From positions 1-64,000 of the forward strand of contig JAZDJN010000040.1 in NCBI GenBank assembly GCA_043803945.1: DNA of 64,000 nt. The letters are read 5' to 3'. Made by a program: the position numbers and the translations under genes. Positions 59,292 through 64,000 of this stretch are shown piece after piece. The number at the start of each line of letters is the position of its first letter. Within the stretch, counting starts at the first letter, position 1. The DNA is from a bacterium (GTDB lineage: Bacteria; Bacteroidota; Ignavibacteria; UBA10030). The notes below the pieces were generated by a model, which made no database searches, was not told the DNA's origin, and saw only the letters and a program-made list of their open reading frames with translations.

Positions 59292-59445
59292 TCTGTTACT
59301 GTCAACGGTCTACGGTTTGCCCCTGCGTGCCGAACAGTGTGGCAGGCAGATGTTGGAATATGAAGTACGTTGGTGGATTGACAGTAAACAGTGTACCGGT
59401 CACTGTTCACTCTTTACTCCTCACTGTTTATTGAACACCGTCTAC
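59292..59445. repeat. Heptamer microrepeats with an inserted CCTGC..GGCAGGCAG palindrome
   Basis: ACTGTNN and ACAGTNN units; palindrome at about 59322-59349. Confidence 0.65.
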
Positions 59446-59528
59446 CTTTTTTTAATGAATCCTTTCCCAATCCTCTGCATCTTACCTACAAGAGGAGATC
59501 AAAATCACATTCAAGAAGGAGTAAAGAA

Positions 59529-59744
59529 ATGAAACAAAACATGGGTACTATCGATCGTGCATTAAGAATAGTGGCAGCCATTGTTGTTGCTTTGCTTTAT
59601 GCAACCGGTCAAATTTCCGGTACGGCAGCAATTATTCTCGGCATTTTTGCCGTTATTTTCCTGTTAACAAGCTTTATGGGTTTCTGCCCGTTGTATGTGC
59701 CATTTAAACTCTCAACCAAGAAAGCTGAGAAGGACCAGAAGTAA
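59529..59744 (+). CDS. DUF2892 (YgaP-like) membrane protein
   Basis: MKQNMGTIDR..R and LLTS..GFCPLY motifs. Confidence 0.92.
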   Translation: MKQNMGTIDRALRIVAAIVVALLYATGQISGTAAIILGIFAVIFLLTSFMGFCPLYVPFKLSTKKAEKDQK

Positions 59745-59747
59745 GCA

Positions 59748-59996
59748 GTGACGAGGAAGAATCACCATCAGACTCTTTGCCCAGAGTGTGCAAGAGAGGT
59801 ACAAACCAACCTCGATGTAATGCTGAATCTTCCTAAGTACCGGCATCTGAAACTCCACCTTAAGCAGTGTCCAAATTGCACGGTCTATCTGGACAGTCTG
59901 AAAAAGCTTGTGCTGCTCTACAGGCATTATCCTGACCAGTTGGTTAAATCGAGAATGCACCAGAAATTGTACGCAGTGCTTGGCCTTCACATGTAG
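59748..59996 (+). CDS. Second zf-HC2 anti-sigma-like protein
   Basis: HLKQCPNC..YLDSLKK...LY parallels the 59042-59290 protein; extra N-terminal CPEC. Confidence 0.75.
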   Translation: MTRKNHHQTLCPECAREVQTNLDVMLNLPKYRHLKLHLKQCPNCTVYLDSLKKLVLLYRHYPDQLVKSRMHQKLYAVLGLHM

Positions 59997-60039
59997 TCTT
60001 TTTCATCTTTCGGGATGACAGGAACAAGATGGAATTTTT

Positions 60040-60204
60040 ATGAACTCACATGTCGTTCTCGCAACCGATGAAAATATGCAGACTGCTGTTCGATATGGAG
60101 TTATGACTATTCCAACGCTCGCGTTTTTTAAAAGCGGTAAACTGGTTGATGTCATCATTGGAGCGGTTTCAAAACAGTTCCAAAGAAATGGCGTTTATTT
60201 ATAG
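60040..60204 (+). pseudogene. Thioredoxin remnant lacking the CxxC region
   Basis: Manual translation MNSHVVLATDENMQTAVRYGVMTIPTLAFFKSGKLVDVIIGAVSK: thioredoxin N-terminus joined directly to its C-terminal half. Confidence 0.8.
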
Positions 60205-60267
60205 AGAGAATATCATCTCATACTTGACACGGGAACCAGAAAACAGTTATAATTGATTCAGAAAGAT

Positions 60268-60735
60268 ATGACCATGACAAAAGAAGCAATCGTTAAGCAA
60301 GTACAGGGTATCACGCTCATCGGCAAGAGCGATTCCAATCATTGGTTGACAATGGACGGAGCACCGGAATTGGGCGGCACTCTGGCCGGTGCAACACCGA
60401 AAGAGCTAGTCCTGATCGGGCTTGCCGGGTGCACCTCTATGGATGTGATTCCCATGTTAAAAAAGAGGCGGGCAAACGTGACCGGATTCGAGTTGAAGGC
60501 CACCGGCATCGAGCGGGAAGAACATCCGCGTGCCTTCACAGAAATTCACCTTGAATATATTTTCTACGGTGAGGGAATCAAGCCGGCGGATGTTGAACGT
60601 GCAATCGACCTTTCGATGACAAAATATTGTTCTGTCAGCGCAATGTTGAAACCGCAGGTGAAGATCACTCATTCCTACAAGATCATCACCAGCCAGGAAG
60701 CGGCAGCAACGCCTGCTTCACCACCACAGGCCTGA
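60268..60735 (+). CDS. OsmC family protein
   Basis: PKEL....LAGCTSMDV and KYCSVS motifs. Confidence 0.92.
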   Translation: MTMTKEAIVKQVQGITLIGKSDSNHWLTMDGAPELGGTLAGATPKELVLIGLAGCTSMDVIPMLKKRRANVTGFELKATGIEREEHPRAFTEIHLEYIFYGEGIKPADVERAIDLSMTKYCSVSAMLKPQVKITHSYKIITSQEAAATPASPPQA

Positions 60736-60740
60736 CCGCC

Positions 60741-60815
60741 ATGGCAAACGGCGTTTCCATACTGATCGTCGATGACGAGAACGTGCAACGAGAAATTCTC
60801 GCGGGATACATATAG
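60741..60815 (+). pseudogene. Truncated response-regulator receiver N-terminus
   Basis: MANGVSILIVDDENVQREILAGYI followed by TAG TAA TAG. Confidence 0.7.
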
Positions 60816-60903
60816 TAATAGTCCGATTCCCTTCTCAAACGCAAGATGAAACCGGACTATTGCCAATCCTTTAAGAGTTGCTTCGCAGGCAATCGTGTAA
60901 ATC

Positions 60904-61617
60904 TTACTCCTCTGTTCCCTTTCCATCGATGTTTGAGCCGCCACTGAGATTGATATCTCCGCGGCGCGCTTTCCCGTAGTAGACAACTTTAGATCCGCCG
61001 CTGGCATCAACATCCAATCTTCCATTCATCGTAATCTCCACGCGGGCTCCGCCGGAAAGGTCGACATCCACATCACGAGCGGTAAATTGTTTGAGTTGTG
61101 CTTTTGCTCCACCCGATCCATCCACACACAGGATTTTTCCTGATCCTGAAAATCTTGCCTTTGCCCCGCCTGAGAGATCCAATGTAACATTTCCACATTG
61201 TAACTTACCGTCGAGCGTTGCTCCGCCGGAAAGAGAGGCTTCGAAATCCCGCTGGCCGATATCCATCGTGATCATGCCCTCGCTCCCACCGCTCAGGTCC
61301 AGTTCTCGTAACTCCGGCATGGTGATGGTGATATACATATCATCCTTCGCGCGCCAGCCCCAGAGCTTATCAATTTCAAATCGAACTTTATTACCGGATT
61401 TTTTTACTTTCAGATATTTCATATCCCGTTCATCTGCTTTGACTTCTATGCTATAGTGATCCGACTGGGTAACAGTCAGATGCATTCCCCAGCCGACACT
61501 TACTGCTTTGAAATCTTTATAATCATAGGATTTGGTTTGCTGGGAAAGTATAACGCTGGAAGCTAAGGTAACTACAGCGATGAGTATTCCGATCATTAAA
61601 GCAATTCTGGTTCTCAT
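60904..61617 (-). CDS. GIN domain (DUF2807) protein
   Basis: Signal peptide, repeated LSGG(A/S) beta-helix turns, V.ASGGS.V.Y.G end. Confidence 0.88.
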   Translation of the reverse strand: MRTRIALMIGILIAVVTLASSVILSQQTKSYDYKDFKAVSVGWGMHLTVTQSDHYSIEVKADERDMKYLKVKKSGNKVRFEIDKLWGWRAKDDMYITITMPELRELDLSGGSEGMITMDIGQRDFEASLSGGATLDGKLQCGNVTLDLSGGAKARFSGSGKILCVDGSGGAKAQLKQFTARDVDVDLSGGARVEITMNGRLDVDASGGSKVVYYGKARRGDINLSGGSNIDGKGTEE

Positions 61618-61725
61618 TTCAATTTCCTTCGGCTCGTTGATGTACTATTTGACTCTATCTTCGATGGATAGTTGTAACAACCGGTGTTTTTTATCCTGGT
61701 CTCTCCTTTGGGCTTACCATAAGGA

Positions 61726-61753
61726 CGGTATCAGGAGGTATAAAGTTGCAGAA
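61726..61753 (-). promoter_or_regulatory. Candidate ECF-type promoter
   Basis: Minus strand TGCAAC, 17-bp spacer, CGTC upstream of the GIN gene. Confidence 0.45.
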
Positions 61754-62044
61754 CTCAATCGTGACGATGTAAACAGAGTAACGATAAAAACCAGTACCTT
61801 TTACTATGCCATGAGAAGAATAAATATTCTCTTATTATATTACCATTCAGCTTCCTGATCGGTAAAGAGTATAAATCTTTCTCTCCTCGGTTGATTGGGG
61901 AAGATTCTAACCTGAGAACAGGAGAAACATTTGTAGCATAATCACGTTTTTTCTCTACTATTGGAATCGCAACTCGCCTTTCGATTGAGGCAGATTTTCA
62001 GATGATCGTTCTGTTGTCCACCAGTGAAACATGAAAGGATTTGC

Positions 62045-64000
62045 ATGAACAACCGTACCGTCTTGGTAGTCTTTATGATCCTTCTAACTACCCTTCCTCT
62101 CATCTCTTTCGCTCAATCTGCACTCTTTGAGGAATCAGCTCTCGCATGGGATGCCGGGAACTACATCAAGGCGTTAAAAGGTTTCAAAGCACTTATGCAA
62201 TCTCCGGACTGGCAGAAGTACAAGGACGAGATTGCGCTCACTACTGGCGAGCTCTATCCAGTTCAGGAACTCACTACCGATGGCAGGCGAGTCAGATTCA
62301 GCCCTGATGGACGGTACGCTGCATTTGAATTTCACAAGCAAACTACAACCATAACCTCCATTTGTTTCGTTGCTGATCATTTTAAGCAGATCGATGCTAT
62401 CGAAACAGGCACTCTTGTTTTTTCTCCAATAACCAAAATGGTAGCCTATCTCTCCGTTACCGAAAATGATGAATTGCAAAAAGCACGAGCGGACACAAGT
62501 CAGGCAGGACGCGGACGCCAACGTGTAAATCCTATAGTCGCTTATCTTGAAGCGAAGAATAGCCGCCTTGTGGTCCGAGACCTGATGACCCTGCAAACCC
62601 GTACGCTGGAGACGGGTAATCTTCTTATTGTCAACCTCACGTACAGTGCGGATGGAAAGGAGATCTACTTCACTGCTGGAGTTCCCGGTGATTCAGTAAC
62701 AAGCTCCATTTATGCTATTCCCGAACAAGGGGGTACACCAAGACGACTGAGCACCAAGAGCGGTTTTTACACCAATCCGGTTGCGATCGCCGGCGGGCGT
62801 TTCCTGATGTATACTCAGTCAACGCGCAATCCAATACCTCAGTCTCCCACCGGACAACCACGTCAATCGGGACGCGGACAAGCGATGATGGGATTCAGCG
62901 GGATGCTCGCCCTTCCAACGACATATATTCTTCACAACCTGCACTCCGATTCTCAAACGACAATCAGCGCAAATTCACTGAGCGCATCACGGAACGGTTC
63001 CAGTGTGATATTTTCACTCATCGATCGAAATGACCGATCGACTTCCCTCAATCTGCTCTCGTTCAATGACAGCCTGAGGCAGAAGAGATTGTTCAAAACC
63101 GATGCTGCGATCTCTTCCTTCGAGTGTTCACCCAACGGACGATCGATCATCTTTTCCATGATGACAAATGACGATTACGAGATCTATACCATTGGAGTAG
63201 ATAGTACCAATCCCACACGTCTCACAAGAGAAATCCAGCATGACCGTTTCCCACAATTCATCACAGACGACCTGGTGCTTTATATCAAAGGTGAACCGCG
63301 GCATATGCGTTCCTATCTCCGCACACTTTCAAGCAATCGTGAGGTAAGGCTCTTCCATAACAATACCTTGAGAACAATCTCTCCTGAATATGAATGGTCA
63401 GTCTGCCCGGATGGAGCCGCCCTCCTGATCACTGCCGAACGGGATGGGAACACCATCTCGCCGGAGCGGGGCGTCTATGCCCTCGATCTTACAAGAACGG
63501 TAACTTGCGACGAGCTCCTGCGACGAATCGATACCAATGTACAGGCGGAACAAAATCTTCGTGCCCGCGGTGAACAGATGTTCAAAGCGATTGCAAAGAA
63601 GGTGAAGTCCGCTGTTAACCGGATTTCCATAACACGTATCTTCGAGTATGAACAGGCACTCTATGAGCTTGATACAAAGTACATCACACAGCCCGGGAAC
63701 AAGAAAGCAATCGACTACCTCTCTGGCAAATTAAAATCATTCGGGTATGAACCGGAGATACAATGGTTCGATGCGCGTGGAACGAAGACAGCAAATGTCC
63801 TCGCAATCTTGAGAGGAACAACCCACCCCGATGTGGTCTATGTACTCAGCGCTCATTTTGATTCCGGCCTCCGGACTCCCGGTGCAGATGATAACACATC
63901 AGGGACTGTGACGGTGCTCGAAACAGCCCGTGTCCTCCGAAACCACCCGATGCCGGCTACCATCATTTTCGCTTTCTTCACCGGTGAGGAAGCGGGACTC
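62045..64000 (+). CDS. Secreted TolB-like propeller plus M28 family metallopeptidase, partial (runs off the window)
   Basis: Manual translation: MNNRTVLVVFMILL signal, FSPDG-type repeats, then NVLAILRG, SAHFDS, PGADDNTSG and FTGEEAG. Absent from the ORF track because it has no stop in the window. Confidence 0.88.
   Translation, partial: MNNRTVLVVFMILLTTLPLISFAQSALFEESALAWDAGNYIKALKGFKALMQSPDWQKYKDEIALTTGELYPVQELTTDGRRVRFSPDGRYAAFEFHKQTTTITSICFVADHFKQIDAIETGTLVFSPITKMVAYLSVTENDELQKARADTSQAGRGRQRVNPIVAYLEAKNSRLVVRDLMTLQTRTLETGNLLIVNLTYSADGKEIYFTAGVPGDSVTSSIYAIPEQGGTPRRLSTKSGFYTNPVAIAGGRFLMYTQSTRNPIPQSPTGQPRQSGRGQAMMGFSGMLALPTTYILHNLHSDSQTTISANSLSASRNGSSVIFSLIDRNDRSTSLNLLSFNDSLRQKRLFKTDAAISSFECSPNGRSIIFSMMTNDDYEIYTIGVDSTNPTRLTREIQHDRFPQFITDDLVLYIKGEPRHMRSYLRTLSSNREVRLFHNNTLRTISPEYEWSVCPDGAALLITAERDGNTISPERGVYALDLTRTVTCDELLRRIDTNVQAEQNLRARGEQMFKAIAKKVKSAVNRISITRIFEYEQALYELDTKYITQPGNKKAIDYLSGKLKSFGYEPEIQWFDARGTKTANVLAILRGTTHPDVVYVLSAHFDSGLRTPGADDNTSGTVTVLETARVLRNHPMPATIIFAFFTGEEAGL

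Overview
Bacterial chromosomal window. Several secreted proteins end in an NYPNPFN-type sorting domain, which suggests Ignavibacteriota/Bacteroidota (inference). 1-34 kb: two S8 proteases (one cut by an ISL3 element), GH18, sulfatase, TonB/outer-membrane proteins, glgX, a degenerate GGDEF protein, a pirin pseudogene carrying a MITE, acyl-CoA ligase, BNR protein and ABC-F. About 39.6-55.5 kb: an integron-type cassette array with no integrase in the window (CALIN-like). Its cargo is DUF3800 plus a small structured RNA, an OLD-family nuclease, two antisense Phd-RelE toxin-antitoxin pairs, a restriction-modification pair with a dead endonuclease, and several unknown genes. A sigma70 promoter occurs three times at the head of the array, two copies continuing into a structured leader. 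Several attC sites are chimeric and filled with nested palindromes. The same palindromes and 7-9 bp microrepeats occur in intergenic regions and in-frame inside two proteins. 56-64 kb: an ECF sigma with two Cys-rich anti-sigma-like genes, DUF2892, a thioredoxin remnant, OsmC, a GIN protein and a partial M28 peptidase. No rRNA, tRNA or CRISPR array was recognised. All calls come from reading the sequence and none was checked against a database.
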